From: Leptogorgia sarmentosa | Lineage: Eukaryota | Direction: 5' to 3' | Length of the DNA stretch: 64,000 nt | Assembly (NCBI GenBank): GCA_964658305.1 | Contig: OZ210884.1 | Coordinates: forward strand, 3,472,001 to 3,536,000 | In this document: piece after piece, positions 1-13,600 of the stretch | Layout: every line of letters begins with the position of its first letter | Numbering within the stretch: position 1 is the stretch's first letter | Position numbers and translations under genes: made by a program | The notes under the pieces: generated by a model | Seen by the model: the letters and a program-made list of their open reading frames with translations, nothing else | The model's database searches: none | What the model was told of the DNA's origin: nothing

Positions 1-1696
1 GTGCTGGTTGATCAACGCTTCCATGGCTCTGGCCATCAGTGACCACCAGCAGAACTTGATTAGCGTCTAAAAAGATTAACGATATAAAATCAGTATAACA
101 AGATAAGCGTAACGTGAAACGACTATTATTGTGAAAAAAAACAAAGCTGAAGAACAAACAAGCTATATGCAAAACGATGAAACAAAAAAATGAACAAATG
201 AAAAGGACAGACCTGAAAATCGAGCCCCGTTGTTTGCTTTGAACATCTCTGTATACGCTTTAACCAAAGCCAAGTCAGTATTAGTGATACCACTGGTGAA
301 GGAAATATTCTGTATCGCAGAGTGAAGATCCTCCCGCGTTTCAAATATTTGGGAAAATGGAAAATGTAGTGTGCAAGATGTTGCATACGAAATAACAGAC
401 ACCCTTGTATTTTCGTGTGAAATGTTAAAGTGATCGGTAAGATCCTTTACAAAAGATTTAATCTTTTCGAAATTAAAGGCACCGATACTACCAGAGCTAT
501 CTAAAATGAATCCTATATCAAGCTTTCCTTCGCAAATGTTGACGTTTTTGCCTAAAAGTAAAAACAAAACAAATATCTTATCTAAAAACAGTGATGCGAC
601 CATGAAAATTCGAAACTTGACTTGCCATTTTAAATGTGCTATTCACAAGATTTTTTCAGCACAAAGCAAGAAATTCGTTCTCGAATTTACACAGATGTAA
701 ATATAAATGCATTTTCAAGCTGAACACTTTGAAACATGATTTTGTTTCAAAGGCGATACAAAGGAAGCTCGCTTGAAATTATGCCGAGAATACTACAGCA
801 TCCATTTTAATAGTTCTTTTAATTTCTAATTTGCATTCAACTACTATGAAAAGTTGAATGCGAAGTGGTGCCATGCCTTAAATCAATTTGCATATCAATA
901 TTAAGGTAAATATGTCGAAAAGTGTTAACGTTGACAAAGGTTGGAATAGGTTATTGATTAATTTCGCCTACCTGTACAGTTTAAACCATTTCCATAAAAG
1001 CCATTTATACAAGTGCATGTAAAGGATCCATTTGTGTTCGTACACGTGGCATTGTCATGGCAATCGTGTGTTCTCATTTCACATTCATTCACATCTGTAA
1101 CAGCCAAAGGATATTTCATCACTTAACGCAAAATGTTTAAGACAATGAAGTGCCATTGTGAAGTGGTTCTGGAAACAGCCTGAATAATTTTGATAGGGAA
1201 ACACAACTATCCCCAAGATTGGTACAATTTAAGTAATAAGAAAGGCTAACGAATATCCTTAACAATTGTACTTCGTTTTTAACAATGGGCCAAGTACTAT
1301 TATTTTCTTTCCAAAGGCGAGTTAAGAACAGCTAGATTCAGTGAAATGGAATCATTCAAACTTTTTCAAAACTTTCTGCAGTTAATTTTATTTGAAATGC
1401 ATGCGCTACTTTCTAGCTAGCGAACATTGTAAAATCGTTAAAAGCATTCGTGGTCTGAGTCAATTCAATTTGATACAATTATAAATATTTACATAAATTT
1501 CATTGTATAAGACATCGGCAAAAATTAAGGTTATCACAATTTATTGAATATTTATGAGGTTCATTCCACATACCCGCACAGTTTACACCATCCCCAGTAA
1601 AACCATTGTTACATGCACAGGTAAATGATCCATGTGTGTTGTTGCACGTAGCATTGTCGTGGCAATTGTGCGTGTTAATGGCACATTCATTCACAT
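1..1696 (-). CDS. Repeat unit 13 (cut by window edge): EGF-A, EGF-B, VWA
   Basis: Exons 1574-1696, 972-1094, 213-551 and the first 66 nt (1-66) of the second VWA exon. Confidence 0.85.
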
Positions 1697-4600
1697 CTGC
1701 CACTGTAAAAAGAGAATTGATAACATTAAGCCAATTCGTCAAACTCAAGCCTATAGATTGTTCAATGGCGTATAATCATTCAGGAAACATGGTGAATATG
1801 TTTCCTTTAGCTCTTGAAAAGCTGTACCTTAATACCCTGAAAATCGGAGCACATCCACTATGAACAATACTAGGTGATAATACACACCAATTTTGCAATG
1901 TTTTTAGACACGCTATGAAGTAATACATTTTCAAAACGCAGGACCCGGCATACTCTAATGAAACAGCATCATTAACTCTCCCACAGTTTGTTTTCGTAAA
2001 ATTCTTAGGCAAACATAATTCAATTTATTTAATTCAATTTCCTCTCAGTAATTTCGCGAAAACAGACGAGGATAAAGTTGGGAATGATGTTTTCAATAAG
2101 ACGTTTTTATACGCATACCTGTACAATTGACCCCATCTCCAGAAAAGCCATCCAGGCAAACACATGCAAATGATCCAATTGTATTTAAACATGTAGCATT
2201 TTCGTGACAATTGTGGGTGTTATTGGCACATTCGTTGGTATCTGCAAAATTAAAAAAACTCTGTAACTTACGGTAAATACCCCAAATTCCTTCTGTACGG
2301 TCGGGAACCTTCTGAACAACATGGAGAGATAATTATTTCAAAACCTTGCAGCATGTGTACACACTAACTGTTCGGAAGTTTTAAGAACGCTTATCAATTT
2401 TAGTCTCTTATGATCTTCGTAGCTCAACAATTTTTCCGTATTATTTCAATTAGAGCAGAAATTTTGTAGGCAATATGCTGTTCTCTGTATATCAATTTCA
2501 ATATCCACATTAAGAACGAAAGAAAGGCAAGGACTCGTGTTGAAATATTTAATGTAAGAAGAACTTGATTCCATCTGATCGATAGGGCCATTTCCTTGGA
2601 TATTAATAGCAACATGAAATTTTAGTACCATGAGTTGAATGTCATTCTTGAAGCAAGCGTGAGAGTGCAATTACGGTGATAAATTTATATAATCATTCAT
2701 ACCATTGCACGTTGAAGAAGATATTTTGTCTGCCAAAGGATATAGTTCTTCGAAATTATCCAAGAGATAAACGTGTTCATCAATGGGGGACGTTGCTATT
2801 GTTTCCAATTCTGATACTCCAATACCTGAACCAACTCCAATCGAAAATATTGTAAGGCCAATGTCTTTGAGTTGTTGTGCTGGTTGATCAACGCTTCCAT
2901 GGCTCTGGCCATCAGTGACCACCAGCAGAACTTGATTAGCGTCTAAAAAGATTAACGATATAAAATCAGTATAACAAGATAAGCGTAACGTGAAACGACT
3001 ATTATTGTGAAAAAAAACAAAGCTGAAGAACAAACAAGCTATATGCAAAACGATGAAACAAAAAAATGAACAAATGAAAAGGACAGACCTGAAAATCGAG
3101 CCCCGTTGTTTGCTTTGAACATCTCTGTATACGCTTTAACCAAAGCCAAGTCAGTATTAGTGATACCACTGGTGAAGGAAATATTCTGTATCGCAGAGTG
3201 AAGATCCTCCCGCGTTTCAAATATTTGGGAAAATGGAAAATGTAGTGTGCAAGATGTTGCATACGAAATAACAGACACCCTTGTATTTTCGTGTGAAATG
3301 TTAAAGTGATCGGTAAGATCCTTTACAAAAGATTTAATCTTTTCGAAATTAAAGGCACCGATACTACCAGAGCTATCTAAAATGAATCCTATATCAAGCT
3401 TTCCTTCGCAAATGTTGACGTTTTTGCCTAAAAGTAAAAACAAAACAAATATTTTATCTAAAAACAGTGATGCGAGCATGAAAATTCAAAACTTGACTTG
3501 CCATTTTAAATGTGCTATACACAAGATTTTTTCAGCACAAAGCAAGAAATTCGTTCTCGTATTTACACAGATGTAAATATAAATGCATTTTCAAGCTGAA
3601 CACTTTGAAACATGATTTTGTTGACATACAGGTTGGACTAGGTTATTCATTAATTTCGCCTACCTGTACAGTTTAAACCATTTCCATAAAAGCCATTTAT
3701 ACAAGTGCATGTAAATGATCCATTTGTGTTCGTACACGTGGCATTGTTATGGCAATCGTGTATTCTCATTTCACATTCATTCACATCTGTAACAGCCAAA
3801 GGATATTTCATCACTTAACGCAAAATGTTTAAGACAATGAAGTGCCATTGTGAAGTGGTTCTGGAAACAGCCTGAATAATTTTGATAGGGAAACACAACT
3901 ATCCCCAAGATTGGTACAATTTAAGTAATAAGAAAGGCTAACGAATATCCTTAACAATTGTACGTATTGTTTTTAACAATGGGCCAAGTACTATTATTTT
4001 CTTTCCAAAGGCGAGTTAAGAACAGCTAGATTCAGTGAAATGGAATCATTCAAACTTTTTCAAAACTTTCTGCTGTTAATTTTACTTGAAATTCATGCGC
4101 TACTTTCTAGCTAGCGAACATTGTAAAATCGTTAAGAGCATTCGTGGTCTGAGTCAATTCAATTTGATACAATTATAAATATTTACATAAATTTCATTGT
4201 ATAAGACATCGGCAAAAATTAAGGTTATCACAATTTATTGAATATTTATGAGGTTCATTCCACATACCCGCACAGTTTACACCATCCCCAGTAAAACCAT
4301 TGTTACATGCACAGGTAAATGATCCATGTGTGTTGTTGCACGTAGCATTGTCGTGGCAATTGTGCGTGTTAATGGCACATTCATTCACATCTGCCACTGT
4401 AAAAAGAGAATTGATAACATTAAGCCAATTCGTCAAACTCAAGCCTATAGATTGTTCAATGGCGTATAATCATTCAGGAAACATGGTGAATATTTTTCCT
4501 TTAGCTCTTGAAATGCTGTACCTTAATACCCTGAAAATCGGAGCACATCCACTATGAACAATACTAGGTGATAATACACACCAATTTTGAATGTTTTTAG

Positions 4601-7600
4601 ACACGCTATGAAGTAATACATTTTCAAAACGCAGGCCACGGCTTACTCTAATGAAACAGCATCATTAATATAACTCTCCCACAGTTTGTTTTCGTGAAAT
4701 TCTTCCGCAAACATAATTCAATTTATTTAATTCAATTTCCTCTCTGTAATTTCGCGAAAACAGACGAGGATAAAGTTGGGAATGACATTTTCAATAAGAC
4801 GTTTTTTACGCATACCTGTACAATTGACCCCATCTCCAGAAAAGCCATCCAGGCACACACATGCAAATGATCCAATTGTATTTAAACATGTAGCATTTTC
4901 GTGACAATTGTGGGTGTTATTGGCACATTCGTTGGTATCTGCAAAGGTAAAAAAAACTCTGTAACTTACGGTAAATACCCCAAATTCCTTCTGTGCGGTC
5001 GGAACCTTCTGAACAACATGGAGAGATAATTATTTCAAAACCTTGCAGCATGTGTACACACTAACTGTTCGGAAGTTTTAAGAACGCTTATCAATTTTAG
5101 TCTCTTATGATCTTCGTAGCTCAACAATTTTTCCGTATTATTTCAATTAGAGCAGAAATTTTGTAGGCAATATGCTGTTCTCTGTATATCAATTTCAATA
5201 TCCACATTAAGAACGAAAGAAAGGCAAGGACTGGTGTTGAAATATTTAATGTAAGAAGAACTTGATTCCATCTGATCGATAGGGCCATTTCCTTGGATAT
5301 TAATAGCTACATGAAATTTTAGTACCATGAGTTGAATGTCATTCTTGAAGCAAGCGTGAGAGTGCAATTACGGTGATAAATTTATATAATCATTCATACC
5401 ATTGCACGTTGAAGAAGATATTTTGTCTGCCAAAGGATATAGTTCTTCGAAATTATCCAAGAGATAAACGTGTTCATCAATGGGGGACGTTGCTATTGTT
5501 TCCAATTCTGATACTCCAATACCTGAACCAACTCCAATCGAAAATATTGTAAGGCCAATGTCTTTGAGTTGTTGTGCTGGTTGATCAACGCTTCCATGGC
5601 TCTGGCCATCAGTGACCACCAGCAGAACTTGATTAGCGTCTAAAAAGATTAACGATATAAAATCAGTATAACAAGATGAGCGTAACGTGAAACGACTATT
5701 ATTGTGAAAAAAAACAAAGCTGAAGAACAAACAAACTATATGCAAAACGATGAAACAAAAAAATGAACAAATGAAAAGGACAGACCTGAAAATCGAGCCC
5801 CGTTGTTTGCTTTGAACATCTCTGTATACGCTTTAACCAAAGCCAAGTCAGTATTAGTGATACCACTGGTGAAGGAAATATTCTGTATCGCGGAGTGAAG
5901 ATCCTCCCGCGTTTCAAAAATTTGGGAAAATGGAAAATGTAGTGTGCAAGATGTTGCATACGAAATAACAGACACCCTTGTATTTTCGTGTGAAATGTTA
6001 AAGTGATCGGTAAGATCCTTTACAAAAGATTTAATCTTTTCGAAATTAAAGGCACCGATACTACCAGAGCTATCTAAAATGAATCCTATATCAAGCTTTC
6101 CTTCGCAAATGTTGACGTTTTTGCCTAAAAGTAAAAACAAAACAAATATTTTATCTAAAAACAGTGATGCGACCATGAAAATTCAAAACTTGACTTGCCA
6201 TTTTAAATGTGCTATACACAAGATTTTTTCAGCACAAAGCAAGAAATTCGTTCTCGAATTTACACAGATGTAAATGTAAATGCATTTTCAAGCTGAACAC
6301 TTTGAAACATGATTTTGTTGACATAGGTTGGACTAGGTTATTCATTAATTTCGCCTACCTGTACAGTTTAAACCATTTCCATAAAAGCCATTTATACAAG
6401 TGCATGTAAATGATCCATTTGTGTTCGTACACGTGGCATTGTTATGGCAATCGTGTATTCTCATTTCACATTCATTCACATCTGTAACAGCCAAAGGATA
6501 TTTCATCACTTAACGCTAAATGTTTAAGTCAATGAAGTGCCATTGTGAAGTCGTTCTGGAAACAGCCTGAATAATTTTGATAGGGAAACACAACTATCTC
6601 CAAGATTGGTACAATTTAAGTAATAATAAAGGCTAACGAATATCCTTAACAATTGTACTTCGTTTTTAACAGTGGGCCAAGTACTATTATTTTCTTTCCA
6701 AAGGCGAGTTAAGAACAGCTAGATTCAGTGAAATGGAATCATTCAAACTTTTTCAAAACTTTCTGCAGTTAATTTTATTTGAAATGCATGCGCTACTTTC
6801 TAGCTAGCGAACATTGTAAAATCGTTAAAAGCATTCGTGGTCTGAGTCAATTCAATTTGATACAATTATAAATATTTACATAAATTTCATTGTATAAGAC
6901 ATCGGCAAAAATTAAGGTTATCACAATTTATTGAATATTTATGAGGTTCATTCCACATACCCGCACAGTTTACACCATCCCCAGTAAAACCATTGTTACA
7001 TGCACAGGTAAATGATCCATGTGTGTTGTTGCACGTAGCATTGTCGTGGCAATTGTGCGTGTTAATGGCACATTCATTCACATCTGCCACTGTAAAAAGA
7101 GAATTGATAACATTAAGCCAATTCGTCAAACTCAAGCCTATAGATTGTTCAATGGCGTATAATCATTCAGGAAACATGGTGAATATGTTTCCTTTAGCTC
7201 TTGAAAAGCTGTACCTTAATACCCTGAAAATCGGAGCACATCCACTATGAACAATACATATATGTTATTGACTGAGTGTGAGGTCCGTACTGGAGGATAC
7301 TGCACGGTCGAGTTCTTTTCTCGCTTGTTTATGGACCGAGCCGAAGGCGAGGTCCATAAACAAGCGAGAAAAGAACGAGACCGTGCAGTATCCTCCAGTA
7401 CGGATCGAACAAACTCAGTCAATAAGCTATTTATTATATGGCAAAAGATAAACAAAACTCGTTTACAACAATTCAACACTGAACAAAGCCGGTAAACGGC
7501 TAATTAATATAAGAACAGCTGAAGAAGTTCGCTAAAAATTGTTCTCTAAAATGTTATTGGCTACCAAAAAAAAGAACAAAATGTTGAAACAAAAAAAGAA

Positions 7601-10600
7601 CAAAATGTTCAAACATGTTTTTAACTTCTTTCGTCTTCGTTGTCGCTTGATTCAATAAACAACCGACGTCGCTAAACGCGAGCGGTCCGTACTGCAGGTT
7701 ACCGACCGCTCAGGAACCAATCAGAACGCTGTATTTTAGCAGACGGACCGCTCAGAACACTTGCCATATAATAATAGGTGATAATACACACCAATTTTGC
7801 AATGTTTTTAGACACGCTATGAAGTAATACATTTTCAAAACGCAGGACCCGGCATACTCTAATGAAACAGCATCATTAACTCTCCCACAGTTTGTTTTCG
7901 TAAAATTCTTAGGCAAACATAATTCAATTTATTTAATTCAATTTCCTCTCAGTAATTTCGCGAAAACAGACGAGGATAAAGTTGGGAATGATGTTTTCAA
8001 TAAGACGTTTTTATACGCATACCTGTACAATTGACCCCATCTCCAGAAAAGCCATCCAGGCAAACACATGCAAATGATCCAATTGTATTTAAACATGTAG
8101 CATTTTCGTGACAATTGTGGGTGTTATTGGCACATTCGTTGGTATCTGCAAAATTAAAAAAACTCTGTAACTTACGGTAAATACCCCAAATTCCTTCTGT
8201 ACGGTCGGGAACCTTCTGAACAACATGGAGAGATAATTATTTCAAAACCTTGCAGCATGTGTACACACTAACTGTTCGGAAGTTTTAAGAACGCTTATCA
8301 ATTTTAGTCTCTTATGATCTTCGTAGCTCAACAATTTTTCCGTATTATTTCAATTAGAGCAGAAATTTTGTAGGCAATATGCTGTTCTCTGTATATCAAT
8401 TTCAATATCCACATTAAGAACGAAAGAAAGGCAAGGACTCGTGTTGAAATATTTAATGTAAGAAGAACTTGATTCCATCTGATCGATAGGGCCATTTCCT
8501 TGGATATTAATAGCTACATGAAATTTTAGTACCATGAGTTGAATGTCATTCTTGAAGCAAGCGTGAGAGTGCAATTACGGTGATAAATTTATATAATCAT
8601 TCATACCATTGCACGTTGAAGAAGATATTTTGTCTGCCAAAGGATATAGTTCTTCGAAGTTGTCCAAGAGATAAACGTGTTCATCAATGGGGGACGTTGC
8701 CATTGTTTCCAATTCTGATACTCCAATACCTGAACCAACTCCAATCGAAAATATTGTAAGGCCAATGTCTTTGAGTTGTTGTGCTGGTTGATCAACGCTT
8801 CCATGGCTCCGGCCATCAGTGACCACCAGCAGAACTTGATTAGCGTCTAAAAAGATTAACGATATAAAATCAGTATAACAAGATAAGCGTAACGTGAAAC
8901 GACTATTATTGTGAAAAAAAACAAAGCTGAAGAACAAACAAGCTATATGCAAAACGATGAAACAAAAAAATGAACAAATGAAAAGGACAGACCTGAAAAT
9001 CGAGCCCCGTTGTTTGCTTTGAACATCTCTGTATACGCTTTAACCAAAGCCAAGTCAGTATTAGTGATACCACTGGTGAAGGAAATATTCTGTATCGCAG
9101 AGTGAAGATCCTCCCGCGTTTCAAATATTTGGGAAAATGGAAAATGTAGTGTGCAAGATGTTGCATACGAAATAACAGACACCCTTGTATTTTCGTGTGA
9201 AATGTTAAAGTGATCGGTAAGATCCTTTACAAAAGATTTAATCTTTTCGAAATTAAAGGCACCGATACTACCAGAGCTATCTAAAATGAATCCTATATCA
9301 AGCTTTCCTTCGCAAATGTTGACGTTTTTGCCTAAAAGTAAAAACAAAACAAATATTTTATCTAAAAACAGTGATGCGAGCATGAAAATTCAAAACTTGA
9401 CTTGCCATTTTAAATGTGCTATACACAAGATTTTTTCAGCACAAAGCAAGAAATTCGTTCTCGAATTTACACAGATGTAAATATAAATGCATTTTCAAGC
9501 TGAACACTTTGAAACATGATTTTGTTGACATACAGGTTGGACTAGGTTATTCATTAATTTCGCCTACCTGTACAGTTTAAACCATTTCCATAAAAGCCAT
9601 TTATACAAGTGCATGTAAATGATCCATTTGTGTTCGTACACGTGGCATTGTTATGGCAATCGTGTATTCTCATTTCACATTCATTCACATCTGTAACAGC
9701 CAAAGGATATTTCATCACTTAACGCAAAATGTTTAAGACAATGAAGTGCCATTGTGAAGTGGTTCTGGAAACAGCCTGAATAATTTTGATAGGGAAACAC
9801 AACTATCCCCAAGATTGGTACAATTTAAGTAATAAGAAAGGCTAACGAATATCCTTAACAATTGGACGTATTGTTTTTAACAATGGGCCAAGTACTATTA
9901 TTTTCTTTCCAAAGGCGAGTTAAGAACAGCTAGATTCAGTGAAATGGAATCATTCAAACTTTTTCAAAACTTTCTGCTGTTAATTTTACTTGAAATTCAT
10001 GCGCTACTTTCTAGCTAGCGAACATTGTAAAATCGTTAAGAGCATTCGTGGTCTGAGTCAATTCAATTTGATACAATTATAAATATTTACATAAATTTCA
10101 TTGTATAAGACATCGGCAAAAATTAAGGTTATCACAATTTATTGAATATTTATGAGGTTCATTCCACATACCCGCACAGTTTACACCATCCCCAGTAAAA
10201 CCATTGTTACATGCACAGGTAAATGATCCATGTGTGTTGTTGCACGTAGCATTGTCGTGGCAATTGTGCGTGTTAATAGCACATTCATTCACATCTGCCA
10301 CTGTAAAAAGAGAATTGATAACATTAAGCCAATTCGTCAAACTCAAGCCTATAGATTGTTCAATGGCGTATAATCATTCAGGAAACATGGTGAATATTTT
10401 TCCTTTAGCTCTTGAAATGCTGTACCTTAATACCCTGAAAATCGGAGCACATCCACTATGAACAATACTAGGTGATAATACACACCAATTTTGAATGTTT
10501 TTAGACACGCTATGAAGTAATACATTTTCAAAACGCAGGCCACGGCTTACTCTAATGAAACAGCATCATTAATATAACTCTCCCACAGTTTGTTTTCGTA

Positions 10601-13600
10601 AAATTCTTCCGCAAACATAATTCAATTTATTTAATTCAATTTCCTCTCTGTAATTTCGCGAAAACAGACGAGGATAAAGTTGGGAATAATATTTTCAATA
10701 AGACGTTTTTTACGCATACCTGTACAATTGACCCCATCTCCAGAAAAGCCATCCAGGCACACACATGCAAATGATCCAATTGTATTTAAACATGTAGCAT
10801 TTTCGTGACAATTGTGGGTGTTATTGGCACATTCGTTGGTATCTGCAAAGGTAAAAAAAACTCTGTAACTTACGGTAAATACCCCAAATTCCTTCTGTGC
10901 GGTCGGAACCTTCTGAACAACATGGAGAGATAATTATTTCAAAACCTTGCAGCATGTGTACACACTAACTGTTCGGAAGTTTTAAGAACGCTTATCAATT
11001 TTAGTCTCTTATGATCTTCGTAGCTCAACAATTTTTCCGTATTATTTCAATTAGAGCAGAAATTTTGTAGGCAATATGCTGTTCTCTGTATATCAATTTC
11101 AATATCCACATTAAGAACGAAAGAAAGGCAAGGACTGGTGTTGAAATATTTAATGTAAGAAGAACTTGATTCCATCTGATCGATAGGGCCATTTCCTTGG
11201 ATATTAATAGCTACATGAAATTTTAGTACCATGAGTTGAATGTCATTCTTGAAGCAAGCGTGAGAGTGCAATTACGGTGATAAATTTATATAATCATTCA
11301 TACCATTGCACGTTGAAGAAGATATTTTGTCTGCCAAAGGATATAGTTCTTCGAAATTATCCAAGAGATAAACGTGTTCATCAATGGGGGACGTTGCTAT
11401 TGTTTCCAATTCTGATACTCCAATACCTGAACCAACTCCAATCGAAAATATTGTAAGGCCAATGTCTTTGAGTTGTTGTGCTGGTTGATCAACGCTTCCA
11501 TGGCTCTGGCCATCAGTGACCACCAGCAGAACTTGATTAGCGTCTAAAAAGATTAACGATATAAAATCAGTATAACAAGATGAGCGTAACGTGAAACGAC
11601 TATTATTGTGAAAAAAAACAAAGCTGAAGAACAAACAAACTATATGCAAAACGATGAAACAAAAAAATGAACAAATGAAAAGGACAGACCTGAAAATCGA
11701 GCCCCGTTGTTTGCTTTGAACATCTCTGTATACGCTTTAACCAAAGCCAAGCCAGTATTAGTGATACCACTGGTGAAGGAAATATTCTGTATCGCGGAGT
11801 GAAGATCCTCCCGCGTTTCAAAAATTTGGGAAAATGGAAAATGTAGTGTGCAAGATGTTGCATACGAAATAACAGACACCCTTGTATTTTCGTGTGAAAT
11901 GTTAAAGTGATCGGTAAGATCCTTTACAAAAGATTTAATCTTTTCGAAATTAAAGGCACCAATACTACCAGAGCTATCTAAAATGAATCCTATATCAAGC
12001 TTTCCTTCGCAAATGTTGACGTTTTTGCCTAAAAGTAAAAACAAAACAAATATTTTATCTAAAAACAGTGATGCGACCATGAAAATTCAAAACTTGACTT
12101 GCCATTTTAAATGTGCTATACACAAGATTTTTTCAGCACAAAGCAAGAAATTCGTTCTCGAATTTACACAGATGTAAATGTAAATGCATTTTCAAGCTGA
12201 ACACTTTGAAACATGATTTTGTTGACATAGGTTGGACTAGGTTATTCATTAATTTCGCCTACCTGTACAGTTTAAACCATTTCCATAAAAGCCATTTATA
12301 CAAGTGCATGTAAATGATCCATTTGTGTTCGTACACGTGGCATTGTTATGGCAATCGTGTATTCTCATTTCACATTCATTCACATCTGTAACAGCCAAAG
12401 GATATTTCATCACTTAACGCTAAATGTTTAAGTCAATGAAGTGCCATTGTGAAGTCGTTCTGGAAACAGCCTGAATAATTTTGATAGGGAAACACAACTA
12501 TCTCCAAGATTGGTACAATTTAAGTAATAATAAAGGCTAACGAATATGCTTAACAATTGTACTTCGTTTTTAACAGTGGGCCAAGTACTATTATTTTCTT
12601 TCCAAAGGCGAGTTAAGAACAGCTAGATTCAGTGAAATGGAATCATTCAAACTTTTTCAAAACTTTCTGCAGTTAATTTTATTTGAAATGCATGCGCTAC
12701 TTTCTAGCTAGCGAACATTGTAAAATCGTTAAAAGCATTCGTGGTCTGAGTCAATTCAATTTGATACAATTATAAATATTTACATAAATTTCATTGTATA
12801 AGACATCGGCAAAAATTAAGGTTATCACAATTTATTGAATATTTATGAGGTTCATTCCACATACCCGCACAGTTTACACCATCCCCAGTAAAACCATTGT
12901 TACATGCACAGGTAAATGATCCATGTGTGTTGTTGCACGTAGCATTGTCGTGGCAATTGTGCGTGTTAATGGCACATTCATTCACATCTGCCACTGTAAA
13001 AAGAGAATTGATAACATTAAGCCAATTCGTCAAACTCAAGCCTATAGATTGTTCAATGGCGTATAATCATTCAGGAAACATGGTGAATATGTTTCCTTTA
13101 GCTCTTGAAAAGCTGTACCTTAATACCCTGAAAATCGGAGCACATCAACTATGAACAATACTAGGTGATAATACACACCAATTTTGCAATATTTTTAGAC
13201 ACGCTATGAAGTAATACATTTTCAAAACGCAGGACCCGGCATACTCTAATGAAACAGCATCATTAACTCTCCCACAGTTTGTTTTCGTAAAATTCTTAGG
13301 CAAACATAATTCAATTTATTTAATTCAATTTCCTCTCAGTAATTTCGCGAAAACAGACGAGGATAAAGTTGGGAATGATGTTTTCAATAAGACGTTTTTA
13401 TACGCATACCTGTACAATTGACCCCATCTCCAGAAAAGCCATCCAGGCAAACACATGCAAATGATCCAATTGTATTTAAACATGTAGCATTTTCGTGACA
13501 ATTGTGGGTGTTATTGGCACATTCGTTGGTATCTGCAAAATTAAAAAAACTCTGTAACTTACGGTAAATACCCCAAATTCCTTCTGTACGGTCGGGAACC

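Noticed and set aside
1697..1705. Tandem acceptor CAG-TGG-CAG before EGF-A exons (possible +2 aa isoform)
   Set aside because: The in-frame alternative is possible but trivial and cannot be tested from sequence alone.
7216..7495. Mirror-image ORFs on both strands (87 aa and 82 aa)
   Set aside because: By-product of the long palindrome in the inserted element; no recognisable domain.
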